The notes under the pieces were generated by a model. It had not been told where the DNA came from, did not search any database, and saw only the letters and a list, made by a program, of their open reading frames with translations. A program made the translations under genes and the position numbers. This document shows, in pieces, positions 35,895 through 49,864 of a stretch of DNA of 64,000 bases. Numbering within the stretch: position 1 is the stretch's first letter; the number at the start of each line of letters is the position of its first letter. The DNA lies in assembly GCF_018350175.1 (NCBI RefSeq), contig NC_058382.1:53632001-53696000 (forward strand), in the 5' to 3' direction. The DNA comes from Felis catus (lineage: Eukaryota).

Positions 35895-37774
35895 ACTTTA
35901 GTTTGTATTTTAATACAAATCAGAATCAGGGGGGAGCTGTGATCTGATTTATATATTTTTAAAATCTTCCTAGTTCAGTGACACTCAAAACGTGAGCCTC
36001 AGATGACTGCCAGATTGCAAACTCTGTTTCTAGATCATAATAAGATGACCACCAGAATGGTGCATGGGCATTTAAAAACCTCCACAGTATTCTGACTGCT
36101 GCAACATCCAAGCACATTTTTAATGCATTTCTTTGTATTTTACAAGAATGTTGGTCCACGGTGCAATGGGGAAAAATACCTTATCTTTTATCACAGGTGG
36201 CTTGAAAAACATCTCTCTGGCTACTATGCAGAGTGGCATACAGGAGGCCACTGAAAGAAGGGAGGGGAGTTGGGAGACTATTATGTTGGGAACAGTGACA
36301 TGGGCAATTGTGGAGGTGGGGAGTAGGAACAGACTTAAATGAAGTATTGAAGATGAAGTCCACAGCCCTGGTGATGGGTTGGTGGTGGGGAAGAAAGAGA
36401 GGTGGGTTTCCAGGTGGCTCCCTGGTCTGTGGTGCCAGAAGAGGTTTAATGGAGGTTCCATGCAATGAGAAGTGAGTGGGGAAAGAAAAGAGAACTCAGC
36501 TCTGAATTGCTTTGCCTTTGCCATCACAACTTTTTTTAGTGAAAGTTCTAATGGTCGTTGAAGAGGAAATACGTACTTAAGGCTAAGACACATTATCTTT
36601 TATTTTAATTAGAAGCCACCTACGACACAGAAACAAGTCAACATAATTCACTTTTTTAATCAAAGAGAATTCTTTGAGAGCAGAGGAGATATAGCATCCA
36701 AATAAATGAGTTGTAATTTTCTTAATGAACTAAGTCATCATGAATCACTGTGTGGAATCGCCCCTGTGCTATAGACCCTGTGACATTTCCAACAATGCGA
36801 CACTATTTGGTAAATATTAAAGACTGTTAGAGAAAGAGGAGAAGAAATGACCTTTCAATCTATATGGAGCATGTTAATTACTAAAAAGGCGGCAATCGGT
36901 TGTAAAGAATTGTTCTGCTGTCGTCACCGCTGGAGCACGCGCCCGCCCCTTGGTTATGAATTATCCTTAGGAGAAATACGGACACATGACATTTCCATTT
37001 GCAATGTCACTTAGCATAAGTATGCATTCTTATGAAGGCCTCTAGGTCCTACACAGTCTTAAATATGGGTATGTTTTTAAGCTCAAATGTATTTTCGAGT
37101 TTTCTCCAGGAATCCTCCAAAGAGGCGGTGTAGGGACTGTAGGGAGAGATCGGCAGTGGAGTCATATGTTTCTCATCGTGAATCATGAACTCCCACTTAC
37201 CACCAGTGTGATCTAGTTTAATTGTACCTAGCCCAGAATGTCCCAAACTTACTGGATCGAAGAGGCCTTTTTCTTGCATAACACTTCTTGATAGTCCAGT
37301 TTTGTGGAATTCACAGTGTTCTAGTGATTCACAGAATGGGAATTTGGAATGTTGAGCCTGGGTTAGTGTCCCGGCTCCATCATTTACTAAATATGGGTAT
37401 GGAGCCTCTGTGACCACTGCTTGTTTTCTTTGTTAAGTGGGAATGAAACTCTTTACCTAGCAGGATCGTTGCTGAAGAGAATAAAGAAAGTGAGGAAAAG
37501 CCAAGAAAAGTGGTTGGCAAAGAACTAGGCAAATAGTACGGCTTAGTAGACGGCAGCCATGATTTCGTTTTTAGTACCCTCTGTGTCTGGCACATAATAA
37601 ATGCTCATGGCCTGTGACATTCCTTCTAGGAAGAGAGTGCAGAAGCTAAGGGCCCAGGATCGGGGCCAAATGGCATGTCTGAGACAAGAACCCAAGTGTC
37701 CCAAGGTCTGTTTCCAAGGCCCTTTCATTCTAGACCATGGTTTCTCCAAGCTGGAAGAGACTCATGTGTAGGTA

Positions 37775-37980
37775 AAAGAGGAGGAAAGGAAAGTTGAAGA
37801 GAGAATGGAGTGAAATTAATATTATTACTAAAGAAAGAAATGATGAGGGGAAAGGAGAGGAGGGATTAATGATAGAGAAAAATAAGGGAGAAAGGATGGA
37901 AAGAGGGAAGGTGGAGAAGAGGGAGAAGAAAGGAAGGAAGGAGGGAAGGAAGGAAGGGAGGGAGGGAGGGAGGGAGGAAA
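37775..37980. repeat. Purine-rich (GGAA/GGGA)n low-complexity tract
   Basis: Almost pure A/G run, especially 37913-37980. Confidence 0.85.
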
Positions 37981-38069
37981 GTATCCATTGTAAATAGGAA
38001 TTAAGTCTCCAAAAGAAAGGTCAAGACATAGAAAACTGCCATTGGACTCATAACAACTGAAGCATAATT

Positions 38070-38300
38070 TAGCAGCTAAGAGCTGTTCACTATGGAACTG
38101 GATTGGTTCAAGCCTGACTCTAGTCTCCACGTATGAGGGTTAGTTTATCTAACCTTCTTAATCCTTGTTTCTTTACCTCTAAGGTAGGGGAAATAATTAT
38201 TTTCTTTTAGGGTAGTTACAACAAGGAAACAAAACAACACATGTAAAACACTTAGCCAAGTGTTTCCTGGCCCTTGATAACATGTAATCAGTATGGGTCA
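38070..38300 (+). mobile_element. MIR
   Basis: GGTTCAAGCCTGACTCT...TTTCTTTACCTCTAAGGTAGGGG...CATGTAAAACACTTAGC. Confidence 0.65.
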
Positions 38301-39099
38301 GTACATGATTCTCATAGCCGGGCTATAACCTGTGACACTTTCAGAATTGCAAATCTCAGGGTCAGATCAGTGCCAAGAAGTAAGACTGTGCAGAGGGGGA
38401 AATGGATGGGTGAATTAAGTACTTGTGGAGTGGGGATCAGTCTATGAATGTGGAAGCTCCTAGAATGAACACCTAAATGAGAGATTTTGTAAGAGTGAGG
38501 TGGATTCCCTGGATGTAGTAAAACAAACAAACAAAAAAGATAGTGCTACGTGTGTTTCCTAACAGCAAATTATCTAAAGACTGGAAGGAAAAATAAATGT
38601 GGCATATCATTAAAACCACCGTCTAAGATCACATATGTAGGGCAGAAGAAGGTGTAATTTAATAGGCCTATTAGTAGTCTGAAATGCATGTCTTTTTAAA
38701 ATGAACTTGGATTTCTATGCAAGAAACACTAGAGGGTGTGGCCTGCAGAGGAAGAGGCTCCCTTTGGTAATCAATGAGTACAGTCAAAATTGATTTCTCA
38801 AGATCTGAAAATGTGGCAGAAATGAGCAAATTCTGTTGTTTGAACTCAAGAATTTCAGATATACGGTGATTAAGAATGAAACGCTGCTTGCCTTTAAAAT
38901 TCTGGGAGTGTTGGGACATGCTAAAAATGTGTAGAAAAACTTTCATAGGTAGGTTTCAGGAAAAAGAGTGGGTCTAATCAAGAAAAGGGAAGATGGTACA
39001 TGGCATGAAAGACACCAAGTAGAAAGAACTATAAAGGCAGAAAACAGGTGCAAGAACCATCAGGAAATACTGTAAGCCCCCAAATTAACACCAAAGGTG

Positions 39100-39250
39100 C
39101 CAATATTGGTGAAAGGACGCAAGTTACAATTATTTTTAGTGACGAAAGGAGCCTCCTTTGAGAGGCAGTGAGCTCTATATGACTTGAGACATCAAAACAG
39201 ATACAGATGACAGTCTATCAGGAATGTTGAAGTGGGAACGACTTCGCTGA
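39100..39250 (+). mobile_element. L3/CR1 (or MIR3) 3' fragment
   Basis: GAGGCAGTGAGCTCTATATGACTTGAGACATCAAAACAG...GATGACAGTCTATCAGGAATGTTG resembles the CR1/L3 3' end. Confidence 0.5.
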
Positions 39251-41056
39251 ACAGAAATGTTAGGTTCAATCACCATCCCCCAATGTGCTCATCAAAATGT
39301 TGTTAGAGGATATTCATAGTTATTAGAGAAAAAATATAGAGATTTGATGGTCAAATAATTAGGGGAACCATTAATTAACCTAAGTTCAACATGTCGTAAC
39401 ATCTTTAGCACTGCGACTGTCCAAGACGGGATATTAGTACGCACCACTTCCGACAGCGCAATAGAAACTTTCTGCAAGGGTGGACATCACGCTGGGGGCA
39501 GGGGGAGAGAGGTGTGGCAAAATGATCTTTAGGAAACACTGGTGTCCGTGATCTCCAAAGTATTTTCAACTTGAATATTCCCTGAGTCCATACGAGAAGA
39601 TCACATCAACGTCCCTAGCTGTGGCCAAATTTAATGGAGTACATAATTAGAATAACCAAGAGTACAGATGTCATGGCAACACTAGGGACCATTATCTTAG
39701 AGGAGATGAAAGGGAAGAAGGAGAAAAATAAAGGCATCGAGTGATCTCTGAGTGACTGAGAAGCAAACGGAGTGGTTGGCCTAAGATTCAGGGTAGCAGA
39801 CAACTTATAGGTTGTTAAGAGAAAAAGAAGAACTGGACGATGGCAGAATTAAACCACCAAACGAGAGCCAGAAAGAACGGGAAGGACGTGAAGTAGCAGT
39901 GGATGTGGGTGTGTCTTTTATTTTTAAGTATGAGATGTACCTGGCCTGAGGCCAGACCAGTGTGGACATAGTCAACTTCCTTCCGGATGGGAAGAGCTCC
40001 TCCGGAAATCCATCCCGATGGTTTCACAGGAAACGTGGAAGCAGACAGAACCGGCTCTTGGTGACCAGAGACCGTCGGTAAGCGCACTGACCCGATGAGG
40101 TTGCTGCCCCCTCCCCTCGTGGGGCATGGCTGTTGGGGGAACTGAAATCAGTGCCCAACTCCTTGGACTAAAGACTTGTGAAGTGCACGTTCCTTCTCCA
40201 CGTCTCTGCTCCCCCAGCCTCGGGGAAAGTCCTGACACTTCCCTAGCGTCAGGTCCCGCTTCCCAATCCCCTAGCCTCCCGCCCCCACCAGCTGGTCATA
40301 AGCTCTCCTGGCCAGGAGTTACCTTTTCAGTGCACTTCCAACATCCATCCAATACCCGACAGAATCTGAACCCAGCAGCCCTTCTCAGCCACGTCTTCCC
40401 CTTTCAAGCTCTGAGCTCTTGTAGCAGCATCCCAGCTAGCCCCCGTGAACAGAAAGTTCTATTCCCGCTCTTTGTTTTAGGAGGTGCAAAGCTGAATTTG
40501 AAGCAGTCCAACAGAGACACAGCTCTTTTCAATGAAACATACCTATCCCTTCCTGTTGGGGCCCCGCCCGATGCCTGTTCTGTCACCTCTCAACGGCTCT
40601 CATCTAGAAGAACCTCATATTTCTCACCAAAGCCACAGCGTAAGGAGTCACTTTAGAGCCCTTCAGTACATCTGGGAAGATTAGAGCCTATAAAAAAAAA
40701 AAAGGCTTGGGCACAAGCAATTTAAAGCTCAAAGCTCTAATCTGGAATTGGTATATTTATCCTGCTCTTCAATTATTAATGTTGCTTTATTGATCTGATA
40801 CCTAAAACGCAAACAACAAAAACTGTTCAAACTAATTATTGTGGGCTTTCTACCTTTTGGGGCTTCTCTACTAGTCTTCGAGTCTAAACCTTTTTTTCCA
40901 CCAATCGATGGGGTTTAATTCATTAACAAGTTCTAGTGCTTTGTTTAGACGACTTGGCAATCCCCCTCCTCATCCCCAAGCAAAAGGAAGTGCACTATAT
41001 CTCATCCCTGGCAATAGTCGTGTGGCCTATATAAACGTATTTTCCTTGGACTTTTA

Positions 41057-41249
41057 TTTTAGAGAGGGAGAGTGAGCGTGAGCGACGGAGAGGCGCAGAG
41101 GGAGAGAGAGAGAACAGAGAGACGGAGAGAATGTTAAGCAGGTTCCACACTCAGCGCGGAGCCTGAGGCAGGGCTCGATTCCATGAGGATCATGACTGAG
41201 CCAAAATCAAGAGTGGAACTCTCAACTGACTGAGCCACCGAGGCACCTC
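41057..41249 (-). mobile_element. Older Can-SINE
   Basis: Reverse-complement SINE; TSD TTTCCTTGGA(C/A)TTTTA at 41041-41056 and 41250-41265. Confidence 0.92.
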
Positions 41250-42329
41250 TTTCCTTGGAATTTTAAAATCAAACTCATCAAGCCCACTGTCTGGTATTCT
41301 GTGCCCAGCAGCCACCCTATACTTTACAAAAAGTCTTCATACTTCTTGATTTTACCACAGAGACATGGTATTATTAATGAATTTTATATACTGGAGCAGG
41401 ACAGGATTGCCATGGAGATACGAGGTCACCCAGACACCTGCTCGTGCCTTCTCACTGGGTTAGGCAACAATGTCCGTTTGCTAGAGATGTACTCTGGATA
41501 GTAGTAAAGGATGGGGAGCCTGATGGGTTCAAGCAGGGTGCTACTCGTGAGGGTCATTTCCTTTCACAGCACTGGACTGATTTTTGATTCGTGACTATGG
41601 CCCCAGACCCCACCCCAGGCAGCTTGCCCCTTGCCATTTTGTGCTACTGGCTAAAGAGGCAGGTGGAGATGAACGCATGCCAAGGTCTCCACCGCCGCTG
41701 GAAAACCACCTCTAACCTCTCTGAATGGGTGATATGAAGTGGAAATGTTAATTAAGCATGTATTCACTTAGATCAGTGCAAGACACGTGAGCACTTCATA
41801 AATACTTGCAGAATTGAATAAATGAATGCCAGTTGTCAGATCATTTGCGATCAAGGAACAAGCAACCCCACAGGGATTCAAACAAAGATCCCAAAGACCC
41901 ATTCTCCCTGTCGCTTATGTGAACCCTAAGGATGACCTATGACATGCTCCGGCCCCATGCCTTCCTCCAAACCCATTTGAATACAATCGTGTGTTCTGTT
42001 TGTATCATCTTTTGTGTGATAAGGACCCTATGGTAAAAATTCTCAGTGGAAAAGAGGAGGACTACATTTATTTCGTTGGCAAAATTATCTGCATGCCCTA
42101 ACAGGGTAGGGACAGGGTAGAGAGAGTTCTTTCTTTGCATTGAGGACCTTTCAATGAAAACAGAAAAGCAAGTCAAGCTGATATGAACCACATGAAAAAC
42201 GGGATGTATCTTTTCATTTTACATGACTCTATTCCTTGGACATAGTATACACTAAATCCATAGTTCTTAAATGCACACACTTCTAGCGACACTATTCAGA
42301 CAATCTGAAATAACACTTGAGTGATTTTC

Positions 42330-42393
42330 AAAATAAAACAAAACAAAACAAAACAAAACAAAATAAAATAAAATAAAATAAAATAAAATAAAA
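42330..42393. repeat. (AAAAC)n(AAAAT)n pentanucleotide repeat
   Basis: Direct reading. Confidence 0.95.
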
Positions 42394-43417
42394 GGTTCTA
42401 CCTCTCTGGTCATTTGTATTGCCTTCCTTTCAATAATTCTATTTGGGTCTGAAGAGTGAAGGCTATGGTTATAAAGTGCCTAAAAGACAAGGGAGGAACG
42501 AAAGATTCAGCTATATTCCTAAATATACATACCAAGTGAACATCCAGAAGACTGACAGACTTTTGCAGGGATCTGGCCTGATGAGTTAAAGGCAGAAGTT
42601 GACAAGATTATATATATGTTTAATGTTGTGCTTATACATAGATACAGAAAGTCTTCCAAATATTAAAATCTTCCAAAATGGCCCAATGGAACATGGGTTG
42701 AAATTGAGCATGTGTCAGTTTTAATTATGACAAACTGATACTTTCAAATGTGCATGTTTATCTGAAAGAGCTAATATTCTCTAAATCTTGTTCTATTGTT
42801 ATTTTGCTATTATAAATACAGAGTGATGTTTCAGAGGACATATTTCCTTTGTGGTGCCTGGCAAACTAAACAGAAGGCTACATACTTGTGCGGAGAACGG
42901 CTAAGTCTTTCCTTCAAGATATATGACAGCCATAAAAAATCCCAGGAGCCCAGATGATGTCATATATAAGACTAATTAACACACCTACAGGATAATGTAT
43001 GTTCTATGGTCTTTAAATTTTTATTAAGGTCACTGTGAAGTATGACTTAAAACTAATGATAGGGAAGACTTTGGGCTCAAACACTACCTGTGGGAGTGGG
43101 GAAGAGCAGTGGGGTAGCTTCGCGACAGTGATGGGATATCCCTCAACCCTTTGTCACAAAAGTTCATCATCCCTGAAAGAGTGCCCTCCAAGGGACTGAG
43201 ACTTCAGAGTCATCAGAGCTTGTCAGGGGGAGGAGCAGAGAGGTGGCATCCACTTACAAGGAAGAGCAGGGCAAAGGCATGGATGTGTGACATTTCAGGA
43301 CCCACCTAGGGAACTGCCAGTATTTCAACACAGAGCGTGGGAAATGGTGGGAGATGCAGCAGCAAGGCGATAGCAAGGTAAAAGCCACGGTATTTTGACT
43401 CTAACAGTGAAGGAGGT

Positions 43418-43810
43418 CGTGGCAGAGAAAGTGGTGATCGTTTCTCATTCTATCCACTGCCCCTCCTTCCTGCACTCTTGCATTTAGGGGCAGCCCTCCT
43501 ACCTGCTCTGGCCATGCGCTCAGGCACATGCCACGGCTGTCACTCCCAGGCTGAAATTAACAACAGGTGGACGTGAATCCATTCTCCCCCCGCCCCCTCC
43601 TTGTCCACCTCTCTTTTCCCAGGGAACACCCAGAGAGCCTGCACTAGAGAAGGCAAAGCCATGAACACCTAGTAACCACATGGAGGTCAATTATTCTGGA
43701 GACTTTCCTGGACCCACAACAGACTTTATGTGAGTAATGAAATAAGCCTCTGTTAGGTCGACCCACCAGGATTTTGGTACACTCGAGCCTCCTCCCTCCT
43801 GACCAATACA
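43418..43810 (+). mobile_element. MaLR LTR (MLT1J-like)
   Basis: GACTTTATGTGAGTAATGAAATAAGCCTCTG...CCTGACCAATACA 3' terminus. Confidence 0.7.
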
Positions 43811-44246
43811 GAGAGACCCTTCAACGTTACAAAATAGGATTGACAAGGTCAGATAGGCTTATTAGGAGGATGTTGTGGCTGACTCGAAACAACCGAATTA
43901 TTCTGGGGGAGTGTGAACCTAACATTTACTGGCATTTGCAGGGGACGAGTCCTTTAGAAGGATAGATTTTTCTCATTTGATCCTCATAACTCTTTGAGGT
44001 TGGTGTTCCTGTTCTTATTCCCATAATTTGCACGAGATCAAGAGATCGTGGTGGTGCGGAGACTCAAACTCCATCTGTCTGACTTGAGAACCAAACCCTC
44101 AGTGTTTCAGTATAACCTGAGTTGATTTCCTGTCAGAGTCAGCTGTGTCACTAATGTCCCAGAATGCCTTGGGGTCAAGCAGGTCAGAATTCTTGAGAAC
44201 ATAGGCTTCCCTTTAATTGGCACAGTCCTTGAAAATGGATACAGCA

Positions 44247-44247
<1 letters not shown>

Positions 44248-44290
<43 letters not shown>
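44248..44290. repeat. (CA)n microsatellite
   Basis: Pure CA run. Confidence 0.97.
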
Positions 44291-44292
<2 letters not shown>

Positions 44293-45234
44293 AACACTTC
44301 CAGGTGGTCTCCTCTAGAGTGATAGTCTTGTCCATCTGCCCACATCCCCAAATGACTTATGCAAAATCTGCTCGTAGTGGATTTGGTGCAGTCATCACAC
44401 AGTAGGCACCTTTCTTCACCAGGACTAAGGTGGGCATTGTTGTCAAATCAGCCAGAGTGCCCGATACAAAGGAGGAGACAGAGGAGGCCGAACCCCGAGG
44501 GGCTGCTTTAATGACCCCACTGAAGCCTAAGTGTTGCCAAAATTTGCTAGCCAGGCACAGGCTACTGACTTTTTCACTGGGATACACTCACAGGCATCTA
44601 TTAGGACTGTTGATTTGACTCAACCCTCAACAACCTCCAGGTTTTCCCGTGGCTCACTATCATACCGAGTCTACACGGACGGACTCCTTATTCTCTCTGT
44701 GTTCTGTGTCCCATCCAAGGACTCCTCCTGCTCCGCCTGCCTGAACCTCTGGTGGGCCCTCCATTCTAAAGTTCTGAAAAAACAAAGGGGCGCAGTTCTA
44801 CCAGCCATTTCCCGGTCCTCCATGGTTGAGGCCCTACGACAAGAGGCTACTTTGTTCAAACATGAGACTTACTTAGGAACTTTATTAAAATGAAGGTTCC
44901 AGGCCTCTCTGATGCCTGGAGATTTCTGATTCGGTAGGTCTAAGGTGAATTTCATTCCTCAGCATTTTTAAGATGAAACAGAGAAATGTGATGCAGGTAG
45001 ATCATCCTTCGTGGTATAAATTACCATGTGTCAGACCTCCATGCTGGTCACTAACGATGGCCTGCACACTTGGCCTCAGGAAGTTTATCATCTAGAAATA
45101 CAGATACAAGACCGAATCAACTGCAACACAGCAGGAGTTGATATTAAAAAAAAGTGCCCCCCCAACCACCTAAGGGACTCTATTGTCAGCCAGATTGAGA
45201 CTCACTAACAGTGGAAGTACATCTCTGCTCCTGT

Positions 45235-45390
45235 TTAGCTAGCATTGTGGACAGAGAAGTGACGTCTGGGATCTGAAGAACTAGGTTCTATCCCAGATCT
45301 GCTGTCTCTAAGCTGTGACTCCAAACAGCCACTCTTAACTAATGTCCCCATGCAAAGGCTTTGTCCCTCTTCCTGGACCTTGTATATCAG
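45235..45390 (+). mobile_element. MIR fragment
   Basis: CTAGGTTCTATCCCAGATCTGCTGTCTCTAAGCTGTGAC. Confidence 0.6.
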
Positions 45391-47571
45391 GAGGCCACCC
45401 TCTGGTGGAGCCCTCAGAATCCCACGGCTACCCTCATTCTGCATAACGCAAACTCCTTGAGACAGGTGATCCTTTTCAAAGCACCCTTCTTTGAGGAAGA
45501 AGCAAAGTGATGTTGGGTAAGAACAAAACTAATAATCAAATAATACGAAGGAACAAAGAAGGACTAAAATGATGATTGCAAAGGGACTGCCAGCCCTGGT
45601 GATTTATGGTCCCTAGATGGCAACGGGAAGAAACACAATGCATTTGAATCCACATCTTTGTCCTTACACGATCATTCTCTTCTGCCAACTGCTAATCCCT
45701 AACCCAGCTTAGGGCCATCTCCTCCCAACTTAGAGGAGCTTAGAGCATTCTCTTCTCCCAACCACTTCCCAGACTGGGTTCCCGAGCTTCCTTGGGCCTA
45801 TGCTGTATCTCCACTCACACTGTCCTGTAGCTCCCTGTCCTTTTGATTTCATGTTTGCTTATTGGCTCTCTTCCCTGTCCCTGAATCACTGGAGGGCAGG
45901 GGCTGTGCCTATGTCATTATAGGTTCTCAATTTGGATCTGTTGTTTGAATTGATGGATTTCTGCAGACTTTAGGTTAAAATGGAAACTTTGCAAGGAGCA
46001 CACACACACACACACACTCCGAGTGGTGGGGTAGACATTTTCCCGCACTTGACTTGTGTGAATACTAAAGCTCAGAAGTTTGAAGGGGTTTTCATGAAGT
46101 CACTGCACTATAAAAGACAGGCTTGAAATGAGGTTGGTCTTACTTCAAAGTCCATGATCCTCTCACTCTGCCTTTCTGTCCCAAGTAGCAGACTCCTCCT
46201 CCAGGGGCCCGGGAAACCCAAGGTGACATGGTTCTGAACAAGCTTGATTAAGTAAATCACGCAAAAGACAACCTTCGGTATTAAGAAGGGAAATCGAGTA
46301 CTGGGGCCATAACCTGGATCCAGGTAAAAATACATAAATATCACCAGCACGAGCCCCCTGGTCTTTGAATTGAGTTTAACCACATTCTTAGATTGTTAGA
46401 TTTGTCTCTGAAAGTTCCCATTCACACTAGGGTCGTGTCCTTAAATAAGATGTGTTCCTTTCCCACTTCCTTGAGTATGTTCTAGAGAAAAATAGCTCCT
46501 CTGAGGATGCCAATGACTGCTTGGTATTCTGAAATTTTTATTTAACTCAGTAGGTTCCTCAGACGTCTGTCCAGTGCACGGAGTCTTCTTTCAATACCTA
46601 TTTTAACATTTGCTCTTGGTTATGTGATAACTTTTGAGCTTTTCCTTTGAAAAGTGTTTAGCCATGATAGGTTTTCTGTTTTCCCCCAGGCCCATTATTA
46701 GCATTGTCCTTTGGGACATGCCCCCGAGAAACACTATCATGTTAATCTGGCACTCTCACCTGCCCAAGTGGCACGTTTGATCAGCCCTTTGCACCCCCAA
46801 GTTAAGGGCATCACATGTCAGTAGGTCAGGAGCTATTGGAAGAATCCATAGGTTTGAGAATGCTAAGTGACGGTGAGGGAGCATGAGCAGACTCTTGGAA
46901 GCTTAGAAAACCCTCATCTTCCACACTAGTGAGTACAGAGAACACTATGGGGGAAGATGAGGTTGGCAGCAGCACTAGGTAGGGAATTGGTGCCAAGAAG
47001 ATACTTAGGAGTTCATATTAGGCCTCCTGCCCAAATGGCCAATGGATCTGAAATTGTGCGCATAAAGCAAGAACTTGGCACAGGATTCGAGGTGATGAGT
47101 GTGCATGATGCCTCGGTTTGTACAAGGGAGGGAGGCTGATGGGAAAAGTTTCAAGTCATAGATCTAAACGATGTCTGGGTAAGTCTCATGGAGCCAGAGA
47201 GTGTCCCAGCCTCGGACTGCGGTGGTTTTGTTGCAGAGAGTAAATAAATATGCTGCCAATATTGTATTGAGAGAGGGGGGAAAGAGATCCATATGAAAGA
47301 AAAGCACTTAGAAGCATCTCACAGTTGGCTAGACCAATGTTCTAGGGCTTAGGACGGTTGATGAGTTGTACACAACACTGATAAATACTCGAGATGAAGG
47401 CTCACTTTGGTCTATCCCCCATCTTGCAACATCTTGGGGAGGCGGATTAAGATGTCAAAGATGGGAAGTTGGGGGAGACAAATATCTTAAGTGGGTACAA
47501 GTCACTATGTAAGATTCTTTACGTCAATGATCAAAATGTATTTTCATAACAGATTTATCACGTCATGTGAT

Positions 47572-47887
47572 TAGGGCCACGGCCAAGGGGAGTGAGGGAG
47601 GCATCAGCTCTACGTACATTTCAGGGGGCACCCCACACTCATAAAACTCAGTTTCTCTCACTGATCCAATGATCCTTCTCTCACTCATTCTGATCCTGAT
47701 CCTGTCAGATTCTGTCTTTATTTAAAATTCTGATTTTTTTTTCATCATGGATTTCTTGCATTACTTTGGAGCTTTATAAATTATTGCATCAAGATATTTT
47801 TTATCTTGTTTACAGAGATTTTTGGTGCCCCCTTAAATTGTACACCTGAAGTAAATGTCTCACTCAACTTACCATAATCCTGGCCTG
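47572..47887 (-). mobile_element. MER96B-like hAT DNA transposon, inside a MIR
   Basis: Inverted termini TAGGGCCA... / ...CCTGGCCTG with internal inverted AGGGGGCACC / GGTGCCCCCT; interior TCATCATGGATTT...TTATTGCAT. Confidence 0.7.
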
Positions 47888-48844
47888 ATATCTATTCTGC
47901 AAATCAGGAAAGCAAGCCTCTTGTAGTAGCTGGCCTTGGCCCAAGGCCGTGTGTCTATTCTACACAAGAGGAGATTTCAAATTCAGAAAGCCCTGACTCT
48001 GAAGCCCCACTCTTTCTACCCTCTGTTGTCTCTGCCAAATACACTTATCTACTACCACTTGGGCAGGTGGGAGCACCAGGCAACATGAGAGTATTGCCAG
48101 CAACGATGTCCCTAAAGGACAATGCTGGTAATGGAATTGAGGGAAAATAGAAGGCAGATCGATTGCTAAACCCTTTTCAATGGTTATAATATAACAAAGA
48201 TCAAATGTTAAAATGGGAATTGAAATCAGACCTTATGCATTGGACAGATGGCTGAGGAACCTAAGTTAAATGAGAATTTCTGCATACCAAGTGACCATTG
48301 ACATTGGCAGAGAAGCCATTTTTTCAGAACTTAAGGAAGTGGGGAAGGAAAACACTGTATTTAGGACTGTACCACGGTCTGAATGGGAACTTCCAGAGAC
48401 AACATCTAACAAATGATGTGTAGCAGTGATTAATGAGAATTAGGCATGTGGTTAAAATAAATTCCAAGACTGATGAACTCCTGCAGATGACATTATTAAT
48501 TTTTATGAAGTATGACCATTCACTGGCTTTAGTGGGAAAGAGTTATGTCAAGGGGTTGGACTTTATCACCTACAAATGTCATACTCAAACAGCATTAGGT
48601 TGCCAAATATCTATTTTGCCAGTGAAATGATTTTTATTAAGGTTTCTGTCTCCTCCATTGGCCATAAACTCAATGAGGGCAGATGTTATGTCCACTTTGC
48701 TGCTTCCTCTTTTATCTTTCAAACGTAGTAAATGCTTAATAAACACTTTTGAACGAATAGTAAATTTAAAAATATATGTCTCAGAGAAAGGAAATCTCAT
48801 GAGACGTCTTATCAGAGGTTAGGCTGTATTTGAGACCCAGCACC

Positions 48845-49320
48845 CTCAATTCACATTCATGGTTACACTCTCTGAGCCCAAGCACACTGGCTTTTATTTG
48901 GTCCCGGAAGAAGCCCCAGTTACTCCTGTCTCATATTACCAGCACATACACTACTTTCTGCATGCAGAGACTACTGCCATGATTTTTCTGTGTCTGTCTT
49001 ATTTCAGCTCTCTGGACTCAACTTTAGTGTCCCTTCCTGAGAGAGCTTCTCTGACGGCCAGTTTGGGAAGGGGCCTTTCAGCCTCTTCTCCTCACTGTCC
49101 ATCATCTTATCCCGTTTCTTCCCATTTCCTCCTTCCTGAAAAGCTCTCATACTTCTATTTGCATTCTTCTTTGTTTTCTGATTTGCCCACTAGGATCTTA
49201 TCTCCTTGAAGGTACAGAAATCACTGGTCTTGCTCAGAGCTGATGAGGTATGATGATTTTGGAAGCATTTGATAAATATTTGTTGGATGATTCCATGAGT
49301 CAATGGCTGAATGAAAACTA
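48845..49320 (+). mobile_element. L2 3' fragment
   Basis: CCCTTCCTGAGAGAGCTTCTCTGAC...CCCACTAGGA...ATAAATATTTGTTGGATGA. Confidence 0.7.
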
Positions 49321-49864
49321 TGCAGCCTGACTATTGTGTCTTACAAAAGAATAAGGGAGAGCTGCATGAATGAACATGGACAAATCTCCAAGACACATGA
49401 GGGAAGAGATACATAGAATAACCCAACTTATTTTCAAGTTTGATGATATACATGTATATCTAGACGGAATCACACTCTTGAGCTGATCTGAGGAAGTTCA
49501 TACAGAAAGCAGTATGGAATAGACAATTATGCTTAATGGAAACATGAATTTTTAACTTGGGTCACAGCCAACAACTAACTCAACCTAGGGAAGGGAATGG
49601 AGGATAACCCTTCCAGTCATAGCAAAATGCAGATCATGGTGGAGAACCTAGGGATAGATCTAGCTTCCCATTTCGCAAGTCTACACAGTGGTGAGCACAT
49701 AGCAGACACTCGGCATTTGTTCGCTGGATAAGAAAAGCAAGCTAAACACAGGTAAAACATTATCTGCATCACATTGGAAAGAAGAGAAATCATATGATGG
49801 GGCCCGTATGGGCTGCGAAGTCTGGGCATTTGCACCTGCAAAGAGTAGAAATGTCCCCCTCTAT

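Noticed and set aside
45608..45624. Weak CTCF-like TCCCTAGATGGCA
   Set aside because: Mismatches at the 5' CCA; not distinguishable from background without data
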